In this document: positions 8,745 through 18,420 of the stretch, one piece after another | Layout: each line of letters begins with the position of its first letter | How positions within the stretch are numbered: the stretch's first letter is position 1 | Assembly (NCBI GenBank): GCA_040218735.1 | Contig: JAVJQW010000006.1 | Location: forward strand, 64,001-128,000 | Length of the DNA stretch: 64,000 nucleotides | Direction of reading: 5' to 3' | Origin: Deltaproteobacteria bacterium | GTDB taxonomy: Bacteria > Myxococcota > Kuafuiibacteriia > Kuafuiibacteriales > Kuafuiibacteriaceae | Program-made: the position numbers and the translations under genes | Notes under the pieces: generated by a model | What the model saw: the letters and a program-made list of their open reading frames with translations, nothing else | Told to the model about the DNA's origin: nothing | Database searches by the model: none

Positions 8745-10958
8745 ATGGTTGAAGCGAAACTCCAGGTCGAATCGGAGCCGGTGGCGCAGCTTCTGCGCAG
8801 ACTTCGGGTTCCCCGACGCCGCTTCGACGGACACGTCGCGTTGATCACGGGCGCCGAAGACGGCGTCGGCGCCGCGCTCGCCGCTGCGCTCGCGGGGTGT
8901 GGGGCTCGGGTCGTCACCCTCGGACCGACGCTCCCGTCGATCGTCGAGACGATCCGCGGTGACGGGGGCGCGGCCACGCACGAGGCGGTGTCGTTCGACG
9001 ATACGGACGGCCTCCGCGCAGCCTGCGATCGCCTTCAGGCCGAGCACGGGAGCATCGACCTGGTGGTGCACGCCGCGTTGGCGCTCGAAGTCGCGTCGAC
9101 CGAGCAGATGTCGCTCGACGCGTGGGACGCCGCGATGAACACCCACGCGCGGGCGATGCTCACGCTCGTCCGTGCGCTGCTCCCCACGATGCGTATCGCG
9201 GGCCGCGGGACGATCGTCGGTCTGCTTGCAGTCGAAGGGTTGCCGCACCTCGGAGCGTTGTCGGCCTCGAAGGTCGCGCTGAGGAGCACGATCGCCTCGC
9301 TCGCCGCGGAGCTCGGCACGGTGACCGGGCTCAACGTGTTCGGCTTCGCGCCCGGGGTGGTCGCGTCGTCGCGCGTCGCATCGATGCTCCCCGACTACGC
9401 GCGACGTTGCGGATGGGAGCTCGACGACTACCTCCGTCAGGTCGTCGCCAACCCGGGTTACGAAGGGCTGGTCCCCGTCGAACACGCCACGGCAGCGCTC
9501 ACGCACGCGCTCGCCAACGCACACGATCACCACGGTCTGTTCGCGGAGCCGTTCGGTATCCTCGCGGACGCGCGCATCATCGACCGCGACGAGGTCGGCG
9601 AAGGTCGCTACGAGCGACGCCTCACGGACCACATCGAAGACATCAGCGGTCTGTCGAAACGGATCCGCGACCAGGTGCGAGAGCGGACGCGGATGCTCGC
9701 GGAGGAGCAGAAGCGGAGCCGCGAGCTCCTCGCGCAGCTGCAGGAGCAGTCCTGGGAGCTTCAGCACCGCAACGATCGTCTGATCGAAGCCGAGCGCGCG
9801 GCGAGGACCGCCGCCACCGCGAAGAGTGAGTTCCTCGCGAACATGAGCCACGAGATTCGCACCCCGATGAACGGCGTGCTCGGGATGGCGGAGCTGCTGG
9901 ACGGGACGAACCTCACCGAGCAGCAGCGCGAGTACGTGGAGATCATGCAGACGTCGGGCAAGGCGCTGCTCACGATCATCAACGACATCCTCGACCTCTC
10001 GAAGATCGAAGCCGGGAAGCTCGCCATCGAGTCGGAGTTCTTCGATCTCGGGAAGCTCGTGAAGAGCGTGATGCAGCCGTTCGTGCTCGAGGGGGCCGAC
10101 CGGGGCGTGCGCGTGACGGCGGATGTCGACTCCGAGATCGTCTACTTCCTCGGCGACGCCGGGCGGATCCGACAGGTGATCCTCAACCTGGTCGGCAACG
10201 CGTTGAAGTTCACGTCCGATGGCTCGGTGGATCTTTACGTGGCGGCGGAGCACGGCGAGGACAGCTCCGTCGTTCGCTTCGCCGTGCGCGACACGGGGAT
10301 CGGCATCCCGAAGGAGCGCCTCAGCGCGATCTTCGAGCAGTTCACTCAGGCGGACGGGACGACCACCCGACGCTACGGTGGGACCGGTCTCGGCCTCGCG
10401 ATCTGCGCGCGGCTCGTCGCGCTGATGGGCGGTCAGATCCACGTGGAGAGCACCCTCGGCCACGGGTCGACGTTCTCCTTCGAGCTCACGCTGGAGCACG
10501 CTGCGCGTCCCACGATGGACCTCGTCCGCCATCGCGCGACGGAGGGCGGCGCGGTGGGGCGCAGGGTCCTCGTCGCGGAGGACAACAAGGTCAACCAGGT
10601 CGTCGCGCGCCGCATGCTCGAGCGGATGGGGTGTCAGGTCTTCATCGCGGCGGACGGCCAGGAGGCGATCGACCGCCTCGCGAGCGAGACATTCGACCTC
10701 GTCCTGATGGACTGCCACATGCCCAACGTGTCCGGCCTCGAGGCGACGAAACGTCTCCGCGAGCGCGGCGTCGCGCTGCCGATCGTCGCGATGACGGCGA
10801 GCGCGATGTCCGGCGAGCGGGAGCGCTGTCTGGCGTCGGGGATGGACGACTACCTCACGAAGCCGGTCGTCCTCGCGGACCTGAAGCGGGTCGTGGAGCG
10901 CTACACGCAGACCAGTGGAAGCGCAGGCGCCGATGCGGTATCGATCCGTACACGATGA
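8745..10958 (+). CDS. Hybrid histidine kinase (HisKA-HATPase-REC) with N-terminal SDR/Rossmann-fold domain
   Basis: SDR start [12 protein letters not shown]; H-box [15 protein letters not shown]; N-box [10 protein letters not shown]; G-boxes DTGIG and GGTGLGL; REC LMDCHMP and YLTKP. The ORF-track extension upstream of 8745 looks non-coding. Confidence 0.88.
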   Translation: MVEAKLQVESEPVAQLLRRLRVPRRRFDGHVALITGAEDGVGAALAAALAGCGARVVTLGPTLPSIVETIRGDGGAATHEAVSFDDTDGLRAACDRLQAEHGSIDLVVHAALALEVASTEQMSLDAWDAAMNTHARAMLTLVRALLPTMRIAGRGTIVGLLAVEGLPHLGALSASKVALRSTIASLAAELGTVTGLNVFGFAPGVVASSRVASMLPDYARRCGWELDDYLRQVVANPGYEGLVPVEHATAALTHALANAHDHHGLFAEPFGILADARIIDRDEVGEGRYERRLTDHIEDISGLSKRIRDQVRERTRMLAEEQKRSRELLAQLQEQSWELQHRNDRLIEAERAARTAATAKSEFLANMSHEIRTPMNGVLGMAELLDGTNLTEQQREYVEIMQTSGKALLTIINDILDLSKIEAGKLAIESEFFDLGKLVKSVMQPFVLEGADRGVRVTADVDSEIVYFLGDAGRIRQVILNLVGNALKFTSDGSVDLYVAAEHGEDSSVVRFAVRDTGIGIPKERLSAIFEQFTQADGTTTRRYGGTGLGLAICARLVALMGGQIHVESTLGHGSTFSFELTLEHAARPTMDLVRHRATEGGAVGRRVLVAEDNKVNQVVARRMLERMGCQVFIAADGQEAIDRLASETFDLVLMDCHMPNVSGLEATKRLRERGVALPIVAMTASAMSGERERCLASGMDDYLTKPVVLADLKRVVERYTQTSGSAGADAVSIRTR

Positions 10959-11500
10959 GCGAGAATCCCTTTGCAGCACCCGCCGTCGATCCGTTCGGAC
11001 CGGCCACGACGGGTGAGACCTCCGTCGCGGGCATCTGGCGCGACGGCGACGTGATCGTGATGGAGAAGGGCGCGATGCTCCCGGACTTCTGCGTGAAGTC
11101 GGGCGAGCCGGCGTCGGAGCGCTTGGAGAAGAAGCTCCAGTGGCACCACCCCGCGGTCTATGCGGCGCTGCTGTTCAACGTGATCATCTACCTGATCATC
11201 GCGTTGATCATGCGCAAGACGGCGAATGTCTCCATTCCGATCGGACCGGACGCGAAGGCGCACCGCAGCAAGTGGATCAAAATCGGCTGGGGCGCCGGGC
11301 TCGGCGGTCTCGTGGTCATGTTCATCGGGATCCCCTTGGAGCAGCCCGTCGTGATCCTGTTGGGGCTGGGGGTTGCCTTCTTCGGGTTGATCGGTGGTTT
11401 GATCGGAGTGCGACTGCTGTGGCCGACGAAGATCGACGACCAGTACGTGTACCTGAAGGGCGCGAAGGAGCCCTTCTTGCGACACCTGCCCAACCGCTGA
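10955..11500 (+). CDS. Hypothetical membrane protein
   Basis: ATGA overlap with the kinase stop; NPFAAP N-terminus, LPDFCVK motif and three TM segments. Confidence 0.75.
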   Translation: MSENPFAAPAVDPFGPATTGETSVAGIWRDGDVIVMEKGAMLPDFCVKSGEPASERLEKKLQWHHPAVYAALLFNVIIYLIIALIMRKTANVSIPIGPDAKAHRSKWIKIGWGAGLGGLVVMFIGIPLEQPVVILLGLGVAFFGLIGGLIGVRLLWPTKIDDQYVYLKGAKEPFLRHLPNR

Positions 11501-13731
11501 CCTGCGCAGCGGCGCTGCTGTTCCTCTCAGCCTGTCACGCCGAAGCGTTCATCCCGGCCGTCCCGCATGACCTCACCGAGGGCACCGAGATCCTCGTCGT
11601 GGGACCTCGGGGCGAGGCGCCGGAGGACATCTACGTCCTCGACCTCGGTCGCCCGCAGACGTTGATGTTCGACCTCCCCCGAGCGGACCGGAGGCTCGAA
11701 GCGTTCATCTTCAGGCGCACCATCGAGCAGCTGGGGTTGGAGCCGGGACGCAACACACTGGAAGCGGGCGAGCCGCCGAACCCCAACGACTACACGGCCT
11801 ACGCCGCCGAGGTGTCAGGCTCGGACGACGTCGTATGGTCCGAGGAGACCATGCCGCAGTGGGTGGATCGTCTGACGCTGCCGGCCTTCGACGGTCGACG
11901 CTGCCTCACCAACGGTGGCTGTCTGATCGATGACCGCTGCAAGATACCTTGCGAGGTCGAGGTGATGCCGACCGCCCCGACGCTCCCGACCCCGCCGGAG
12001 CTGGTGTGCCCCTCGGGTTGGTCCGAGGTGCTCGCGAGCGTCGTCGACGATTGGCCGGAGGGTGCGCTCCCCGTTCACGTCTGTCGGCCGTGGACGGAGC
12101 GCCCGGAGTGCGCGCGCGGAACGCTCCCGAGCCCCGGGGGGACGTGCACGCCGATGGCGGACGTGTGCCCGACCGCGGAGTTCCCGCCTGACGCGGCGGG
12201 CGTCGACAACCACTATGTCCGCGCGAACGCGACCCCGGGGGGCGATGGTTCCCGCGGTGCGCCGCACGCGACCCTCGCGGAGGCGCTCGCCGCCGCGACG
12301 CCGCCGGCGCGGGTCGTCCTCGGCGCGGGCGCGCACGACGTCATGGGTGATTCGATCCCGGACGGCGTCGAAGTGCGGGGCGTGTGTCCGGAGCAAGTGG
12401 AGCTCCGCGGCCGCTTGGTCGTGCCTGCGAACGCCGGCGTCGAGATCCGTGCGCTGGCCTTTGACGTCGGCGGGCTCGACGTGTTGGGGACCGCAACGGT
12501 ATCGGGCGTGCTCTTCGACGCTGCGGCGGCCGTTGCGCTGGACGTCGAGGCGGGCGGTGACGCGACGCTGCTCGACGTAGGCTTCTCGGGCATCCCGACG
12601 ATCGCGATGCGCGTGGCGGCGGGGGCCGAGCTGCGCGGGACGCACGTCGTCGTGGGCGCCACCGAGAGAGCGCTCGCGATCGACGGTGCGACGGCCGACT
12701 TCACTCAGCTGTTGGTCGAGGTCGCGGACGAGCAGCTCGCCCTGTTGTCCACGGGTTCCGACGTGACGCTCCGCGAGAGCTCGTTCGACGGCGGGAGCGT
12801 ACGCTTCGAGGACTCCTCGGCGACGTTGACCGACGTCCTCGTCGTGAACACTGCCCGGCGGGACGCGGTGATCGGGGTGCGCAGCGCCCTGAACGTGCGA
12901 CGCCTCCACGTCGTCGATGCGCAGCGGATCGCCCTCGCCGCGCGTGTAGAGGGGAGCCTCGTCGCGCGGGACGTCGTGATCGTGCGCGCCGCGCGCGTTC
13001 AGGGGACCCGCGCCCTCGTCACCTCCACGGTGTCGGCGACGCTCGACCGCATTGCCATCCTCGACTCGAGCTCCGATGGAATCGCGGTCGCGCGCGAGCC
13101 GCTCGTCACCCTCCGCGACATCATCGTCCACGACGCCGTGGGGCTCGGCCTGCGCACCGACTCCGTCAAAACCTTCTCGCTGCAGCGTGCGTTCCTCACG
13201 CGGCTCGGTGGCCCCGGTATCCAGCTGTTCGACGGTGAAGACACCCAGCTCGACGACATCACGGTGCGCGACGCGGGCTCGAGTGATTGTTGGGACGCAG
13301 CGGGGATCCGCGTGCGGAAGCAGACGTCGGCGGAGTCCAACCGCGCCGATCTGCGCGAGCTCCACGGGCGCGCCATCCTCGTGAACGACGCCACGCTGGA
13401 TCTCACGGATGCGTGGGTCGAGGACGTGACGGCCAGCGGGCCGTGCAGCGACGGGGTCGGCTTGCCGTCGGACGAGGGCACCGGGGTTCACTTCATCGCG
13501 GGCGCCGGCAGCCTGAACCGCTTCGTCATCACCGGCGCGGCGGCGTACGGGGTGCGGATCATCGGGGAGGAGGTCTTCTTCTCGAGCGTGCGTGCGAGCG
13601 AGGGCATCGTGCGGGGGAGCAACGTGGGGCTCGAGGTCGGCGTGGTCGCTCCGACCTACGAGGCGTACATCGACCGCGTCGACTTCACGGACAACGGCGT
13701 CATCCTGCTCGAGTCGGGGGCCGCGCTATGA
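11497..13731 (+). CDS. Lipoprotein with Cys-rich region and right-handed parallel beta-helix repeats (start uncertain)
   Basis: Lipobox LSAC; YVRANATPGGDGSRGAPHATLAEAL (typical beta-helix N-cap); repeated V/L-x-D/R-V beta strands. No ATG/GTG/TTG lies close to the signal peptide. Confidence 0.65.
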   Translation: MTCAAALLFLSACHAEAFIPAVPHDLTEGTEILVVGPRGEAPEDIYVLDLGRPQTLMFDLPRADRRLEAFIFRRTIEQLGLEPGRNTLEAGEPPNPNDYTAYAAEVSGSDDVVWSEETMPQWVDRLTLPAFDGRRCLTNGGCLIDDRCKIPCEVEVMPTAPTLPTPPELVCPSGWSEVLASVVDDWPEGALPVHVCRPWTERPECARGTLPSPGGTCTPMADVCPTAEFPPDAAGVDNHYVRANATPGGDGSRGAPHATLAEALAAATPPARVVLGAGAHDVMGDSIPDGVEVRGVCPEQVELRGRLVVPANAGVEIRALAFDVGGLDVLGTATVSGVLFDAAAAVALDVEAGGDATLLDVGFSGIPTIAMRVAAGAELRGTHVVVGATERALAIDGATADFTQLLVEVADEQLALLSTGSDVTLRESSFDGGSVRFEDSSATLTDVLVVNTARRDAVIGVRSALNVRRLHVVDAQRIALAARVEGSLVARDVVIVRAARVQGTRALVTSTVSATLDRIAILDSSSDGIAVAREPLVTLRDIIVHDAVGLGLRTDSVKTFSLQRAFLTRLGGPGIQLFDGEDTQLDDITVRDAGSSDCWDAAGIRVRKQTSAESNRADLRELHGRAILVNDATLDLTDAWVEDVTASGPCSDGVGLPSDEGTGVHFIAGAGSLNRFVITGAAAYGVRIIGEEVFFSSVRASEGIVRGSNVGLEVGVVAPTYEAYIDRVDFTDNGVILLESGAAL

Positions 13732-15234
13732 CTTACGGCGCTCCAGGCGCGCGACCCTGCGGCTGACCTCACGCAGGTCCACGTCCTGCCCCCGCTGCGC
13801 CTCGGCGCCGAGGCGATTGAGCTCGAACAACAGATCCAGCGCGGCCTGTCGGGCGTCGTCTTCGGTGGACCCGTCCACGAGCGCGCGGGTCCGCCGGACG
13901 AGCGCTTCCAGGGTGGGGGTGTCCGCGGCCGTTGGTGCGGTCGGGGGAGGCGGTGCTTCGACGTTGGTGGTGCGGACGCGACGGCGGGGTCGGCGTGGGC
14001 GTCGCGGCGCGGGCGCGGCATCGGTCTCGGGTTCAGCGTCTTCGGGTTCGGCTTCTTCGGGTTCGGCTTCGGCGCGCGGCAGGGCGGTCGGGGTCGCTTC
14101 CACGCGTGGAGCCGGGGAGGGCGCGGTGATCTCGGGAGCGGGGTCGGGTTGCTCACCGCGCTCCGCGGTGAACACCGCGGTGGCGGCGACCACCAGCCCG
14201 AACACCATCGCCGCCGAGATCGAGCGCACCGAGAGCAGGGGCGTACGAGACTCGCGGACCAGGATCTCGGAGGGGGGCCTCAGCTGCCGCGCGGCCTCGA
14301 CCTGCTCTAGGACGCGGGTGTGCGCGAGCGTGGCTTCGGCCCAATCCAGTCCGCGCAGCAGGCGTTGGGCGCCTTCGCCCGGCGTGAAGGGGACCGCTTC
14401 GCGGAGCGCACGCCGAAAGGCGTCAGCGCTCGGGTAACGCGCTTCGGGATCGATCGCGAGCGCGCGTTGTAGACACACGTCGACGGCCTCGGGGATCTCG
14501 GGTCGCAGCGCGGACGGTTTGCGCCACACGGGCTCGGTGGTCGCGGCGAGGATCTCGGCGATCTTCTTGCCGGGGATGTAGCGCTGATTCGTGAGCAGCT
14601 CGAAACAGACGGTGCCGATCGCGAACACGTCGCTCCGGATGTCGACGCGTTCACCGAGCGCTTGCTCCGGCGACATGTAACCCGGAGACCCGAGGATCAG
14701 GCCGGTCGCGGTGCGCCAGGTCTGTCGTGTGGAGCGTCCGATCCCGAAGTCGATCACCTGCGTGACGCCGCGGCGATCGAACATCAGGTTCTTCGGGGCG
14801 ATGTCGCGGTGGACGATCGCGAGCGGCGTGCCTTCGTCGTCGCGCGCGGTGTGGAGGGCGTGTACGCCGGCGAGCGCGTCGCAGGTGATGTCGATGGCGG
14901 CGGCGACGTCGAAGGGGTCGCCCATCGTGCGGTGGAGGGCGACGAGCTGACGGACGGAGAGCCCGTCGATGTAGTCCATCACGAGGTACGGTTGGCCGTC
15001 GTGTTCGGCGGCGGATTCGATCCGGACCACGTTGGGGTGATCGATCGCCTGCGCGATCGCGGCTTCGTGGAGGAAGCGAAGCCGGAGGCGGGGGTGTTCG
15101 GTGACCGCGCTCCCGGCGCGTTTGACGACGACGGGGCGTCCGTCGCCGCGGGTGGCGAGCCAGACGTCGCCCTGGGAGCCGACGCCGAGCTGCTCGAGGA
15201 GGTACAGATCACCCCACGCGACCGGACCGCCCAT
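13726..15234 (-). CDS. Membrane-anchored Ser/Thr protein kinase (Hanks type)
   Basis: Motifs LGVGSQGDV, VVVK, HRDIAPKN, DFG and GYMSPE; TM segment and Pro-rich tail. Confidence 0.9.
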   Translation of the reverse strand: MGGPVAWGDLYLLEQLGVGSQGDVWLATRGDGRPVVVKRAGSAVTEHPRLRLRFLHEAAIAQAIDHPNVVRIESAAEHDGQPYLVMDYIDGLSVRQLVALHRTMGDPFDVAAAIDITCDALAGVHALHTARDDEGTPLAIVHRDIAPKNLMFDRRGVTQVIDFGIGRSTRQTWRTATGLILGSPGYMSPEQALGERVDIRSDVFAIGTVCFELLTNQRYIPGKKIAEILAATTEPVWRKPSALRPEIPEAVDVCLQRALAIDPEARYPSADAFRRALREAVPFTPGEGAQRLLRGLDWAEATLAHTRVLEQVEAARQLRPPSEILVRESRTPLLSVRSISAAMVFGLVVAATAVFTAERGEQPDPAPEITAPSPAPRVEATPTALPRAEAEPEEAEPEDAEPETDAAPAPRRPRRPRRRVRTTNVEAPPPPTAPTAADTPTLEALVRRTRALVDGSTEDDARQAALDLLFELNRLGAEAQRGQDVDLREVSRRVARLERRKS

Positions 15235-15275
15235 CGCTCGCCATTGTACCGAAACCGTGCTGACATCGCCTTCGG

Positions 15276-16061
15276 ATGTCGGTCGTCGCCGTGTTCCTCG
15301 CGGCCCTCGCCACGGGCGCGCCTTCGACCCGCGTGACGACCGTGGTCCGGGTGGTGGGCCCCAAGGCGGCCGCCTCGGATCGCTCCGTGGCCGACGCCGC
15401 CCGCGCGGGGCTGCGGTGGCTCCTCGACGTCGAGGTGCTCTCCTACGACGAACGTGCGCGCCTCGACGACGAGGTCCGTCGGTGTGGCGAGGACAACGGC
15501 TGCGTGCTCGCGAGGCTGTCGACGAGCGGCGTGGATCTCGGCGTCTATGTGGTCGCGAACTTCGAGGTCTCGCCGCCGCTGATCACCCTCGAGCTCCTCG
15601 ACACCAAGCGGCGACGCTCCATCGCACGCAAGCTCGTGGACGCGAGCGGCCAGGACGTCGACGCCGCGATCACCACCGCCGTGGAGCGTGCGCTGATCGG
15701 GACGGGGTTGCGCGTCGGCGGTGAGGTCGTCGCGGACATCGTTCCGGTTGAAGCGAGCGTGACGCTGGACGACCGCCCGATCGAGATCGCGGTCCCGGTG
15801 TTGTCCGACGTCGGGCCGCACGTCCTCCGCGCGCGCCTCGATGGGTACGTTCCGTTGGAACAGGGGCTCGACGTCACTCCGCGCGGAGAGCGGCGCCTCG
15901 CGCTACGCCTCCAACCCGAGCCTGGGATCCTGTCGACGTGGTGGTTCTGGACCGCCGTGGGCGTGGTGGTGGCGGGCGGTGTGACGGCCGCGGTGATTGC
16001 GGCGCGACCGGACACCCTCGACACGTGCCACCCGGTCGGCGGGGGCGTGTGCCCGCCCTGA
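15276..16061 (+). CDS. PEGA-domain protein with C-terminal TM anchor
   Basis: Signal peptide; GPHVLRARLDGY; WWFWTAVGVVVAGG; divergent from the kinase. Confidence 0.75.
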   Translation: MSVVAVFLAALATGAPSTRVTTVVRVVGPKAAASDRSVADAARAGLRWLLDVEVLSYDERARLDDEVRRCGEDNGCVLARLSTSGVDLGVYVVANFEVSPPLITLELLDTKRRRSIARKLVDASGQDVDAAITTAVERALIGTGLRVGGEVVADIVPVEASVTLDDRPIEIAVPVLSDVGPHVLRARLDGYVPLEQGLDVTPRGERRLALRLQPEPGILSTWWFWTAVGVVVAGGVTAAVIAARPDTLDTCHPVGGGVCPP

Positions 16062-16109
16062 AAGGTGCTCGTAATCGATCCCGCGGGCCGCGTCGCGCAG
16101 ACTCGCAGC

Positions 16110-17276
16110 ATGACGATCCAGGGCGCACCGAGCATCACCATCCAGATCAACGGTCAGACCGCCACCATCCCGGTGACCAACGAGGACGTGGTCGAGCTCG
16201 TCGAGGATCTGCGTGATGGCCGCATCGACGACACGCCCCCGGGGACCGCGCCGTCGCTGGACAGCGCCGTCGCCGCGTACGAGCGCAACCGCGCCGCGGA
16301 CGCCCTCGCGCAGGCGCTGTTCTTCAGCCAGCTCGCTCCGCAGGGGGCGCCGGGCATGCCGCAGACGCCCGGCATGCCGCAGGTCCCGGGCGCGCCCGAG
16401 ATGCCGTACTACATGCCGCCGGCGCCGCCGATTAACTTCGATCCGTCGATGCTGCAGGACATGTACTTCGACCCGTCGTGGCTCGCGCCGATGGAGCAGC
16501 AGGGCGTCCCGGGCGCCGCCAGCGTGCCGCTGCCCCCGGGCCTCGAAGACCTGAACCTGGAAGACCTCGGGTTGGATCCGGCGTGGGTGCCGGCGCCGCC
16601 GACGGGTCCGACGACCACCAACGCAAACCCGTCGCCCATCACGCGCGGCGACGTTCAGGAGCACCTCGACGCGCTGACCTTCGGGCTCAACGCGGTCCAG
16701 GGCGACAACGAGAACGACTTCGACTTCGGTGTGAACTGGGGCCCGTTCACGGACGACAAGGAGCGGTTTGACAACCTCGTCGCCGACCTCCGCGGCAACC
16801 CCACGATGGACAACTACGAGGCCGTGATGGACTTCGTACGCGAGCACCCCGACACGTTCAGCGACCAGTCGATGCGCATGCTGGGTGAGCTCCAGGGCGT
16901 CGTGCAGTTCCTCGAAGCGAACCGCGGCGCGGTGGTCGACGAGGACATCAACGTCACGGACGGCATCAACCGCTCCGAGCACGCGCTCGCCGAGGAAGAG
17001 GTGCGCGACACGGTGCGCTTCCTCCGCGACGACGACAACCACTCGCTCTCCGACGCCGGCAATTGGGGGCCGTTCACCTCGGACAAGGAGTCCTGGGACA
17101 ACCACCTCAAGGACATGCAGAACGCGATCGACGACGGCAACCTCGACGAGGCGATGGAGCACTACAACTGGCTCCGCGAGCGCGCCGAGGGGAGCGACAA
17201 CATCCCCTCGGCGACGCGCGACCGCATCGTCGCGCTCGAGCAGTACATCCCGATCGCCGCTGCGGCGGCCGAGTAG
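16110..17276 (+). CDS. Hypothetical acidic protein with Pro/Met-rich linker and duplicated C-terminal domain
   Basis: PGMPQ repeats; two copies of NWGPFT(D/S)DKE(R/S)(F/W)DN. Confidence 0.7.
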   Translation: MTIQGAPSITIQINGQTATIPVTNEDVVELVEDLRDGRIDDTPPGTAPSLDSAVAAYERNRAADALAQALFFSQLAPQGAPGMPQTPGMPQVPGAPEMPYYMPPAPPINFDPSMLQDMYFDPSWLAPMEQQGVPGAASVPLPPGLEDLNLEDLGLDPAWVPAPPTGPTTTNANPSPITRGDVQEHLDALTFGLNAVQGDNENDFDFGVNWGPFTDDKERFDNLVADLRGNPTMDNYEAVMDFVREHPDTFSDQSMRMLGELQGVVQFLEANRGAVVDEDINVTDGINRSEHALAEEEVRDTVRFLRDDDNHSLSDAGNWGPFTSDKESWDNHLKDMQNAIDDGNLDEAMEHYNWLRERAEGSDNIPSATRDRIVALEQYIPIAAAAAE

Positions 17277-18374
17277 TCAAATCCACCGGCGACGCCGGAA
17301 GAACCACAGCAGGCTCGTGGCGATCGTGATGCACACGCCCCAGAACGTCGGGTAGGCGTAGGGCGACTTCAGCTCCGGGAGGTACTCGAAGTTCATCCCG
17401 TAGACCCCCGCGATGAACGTGATCGGGATGAAGAGCGTCGCGATGACGGTGAGCACCTTCATCACCTCGTTCATCTTGTTCGAGACCATCGACATGTAGA
17501 GGTCCACCAGCGACGCCGCCGTCTCGCGGAGGTGGTCGACGATGTCGAGGAGCTGGAGGGCGTGGGTGTGCACGTCGCGGAGGAAGGGTGCGGTAGCTTC
17601 GTCGAACGACTCGCTGCGTTCGAGGGCGTCGACCAGCTCGCGCATGGGCCAGACGATGCGGCGCAGGGAGGTGAGGTCCTTCTTCTTGGCGAGGATCTGC
17701 TGCAGCAGCTCCGGCCTCGGGTCGCGCATGATGTCGTCTTCGAGCTCGTCGAGCTGCATGGTGTAGCGATCGAGCAGCGGGAAGCAGTGGTCCACGATCG
17801 CGTCCATGATCGCGTAGACCAAGAACCCCGTGCCCCGGTTTCGAAGGCGTGAGCCGGTCGTTCGGATGCGGGTTCGAATCGGGTCGAAGACGTCGCCGAC
17901 GTACTCCTGGAACGTGATGACCAGGTCCTCGAACATGAACATGCTCACCTGCTCGGAGATCACGCCGCGTTCGTCGAACACTCCGACCATGCGCGCGGTG
18001 ATGAAGAGGTGCCCGTCGTACACTTCCATGCGGGGCCGCTGCGGGACGTGCAGGACGTCCTCCGCCGCGAGGGTGTGGATGTTCATCCGCTGGCGAACGT
18101 TGCGAATGACGTTGGGGTTGAGGCCGTCGATGTTGAGCCAGCGAACGCGCGCCCCTTCGGGGCGCGGCTCTTCGAAGAGCGCGTCGACGGTTTCGAACTC
18201 GCGTTCCATGACGACGTCCGGACCGTAGTCGAAGCAGCGGATCCGAACCTCGACCGCGTTGAGCGAGTCGTCCGAGGCGAAGGCGTGGTCGATCCCGGCG
18301 GCGGTCCCGGGTTTGGTCAGGCGACGGGGCGCGAGACCCAGGACCGAAGTAACCTTGCGAAGCGTGCCTTTCAT
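17277..18374 (-). CDS. corA: Magnesium/cobalt transporter CorA
   Basis: HTLAAEDVL, NKMNEVMKVLT, the YGMNF signature and two C-terminal TMs. Confidence 0.93.
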   Translation of the reverse strand: MKGTLRKVTSVLGLAPRRLTKPGTAAGIDHAFASDDSLNAVEVRIRCFDYGPDVVMEREFETVDALFEEPRPEGARVRWLNIDGLNPNVIRNVRQRMNIHTLAAEDVLHVPQRPRMEVYDGHLFITARMVGVFDERGVISEQVSMFMFEDLVITFQEYVGDVFDPIRTRIRTTGSRLRNRGTGFLVYAIMDAIVDHCFPLLDRYTMQLDELEDDIMRDPRPELLQQILAKKKDLTSLRRIVWPMRELVDALERSESFDEATAPFLRDVHTHALQLLDIVDHLRETAASLVDLYMSMVSNKMNEVMKVLTVIATLFIPITFIAGVYGMNFEYLPELKSPYAYPTFWGVCITIATSLLWFFRRRRWI

Positions 18375-18420
18375 CGAGGCGGAGCCTATCAGCAGACGGG
18401 CTCCACCCCGATGCCGTTCG

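Noticed and set aside
8641-8844. UGA followed by a hairpin (CGTGT..ACACG) and an in-frame ORF, suggesting SECIS/selenocysteine readthrough given selB
   Set aside because: There is no redox motif around the UGA, and the extension is non-protein-like and overlaps the kinase gene in another frame.
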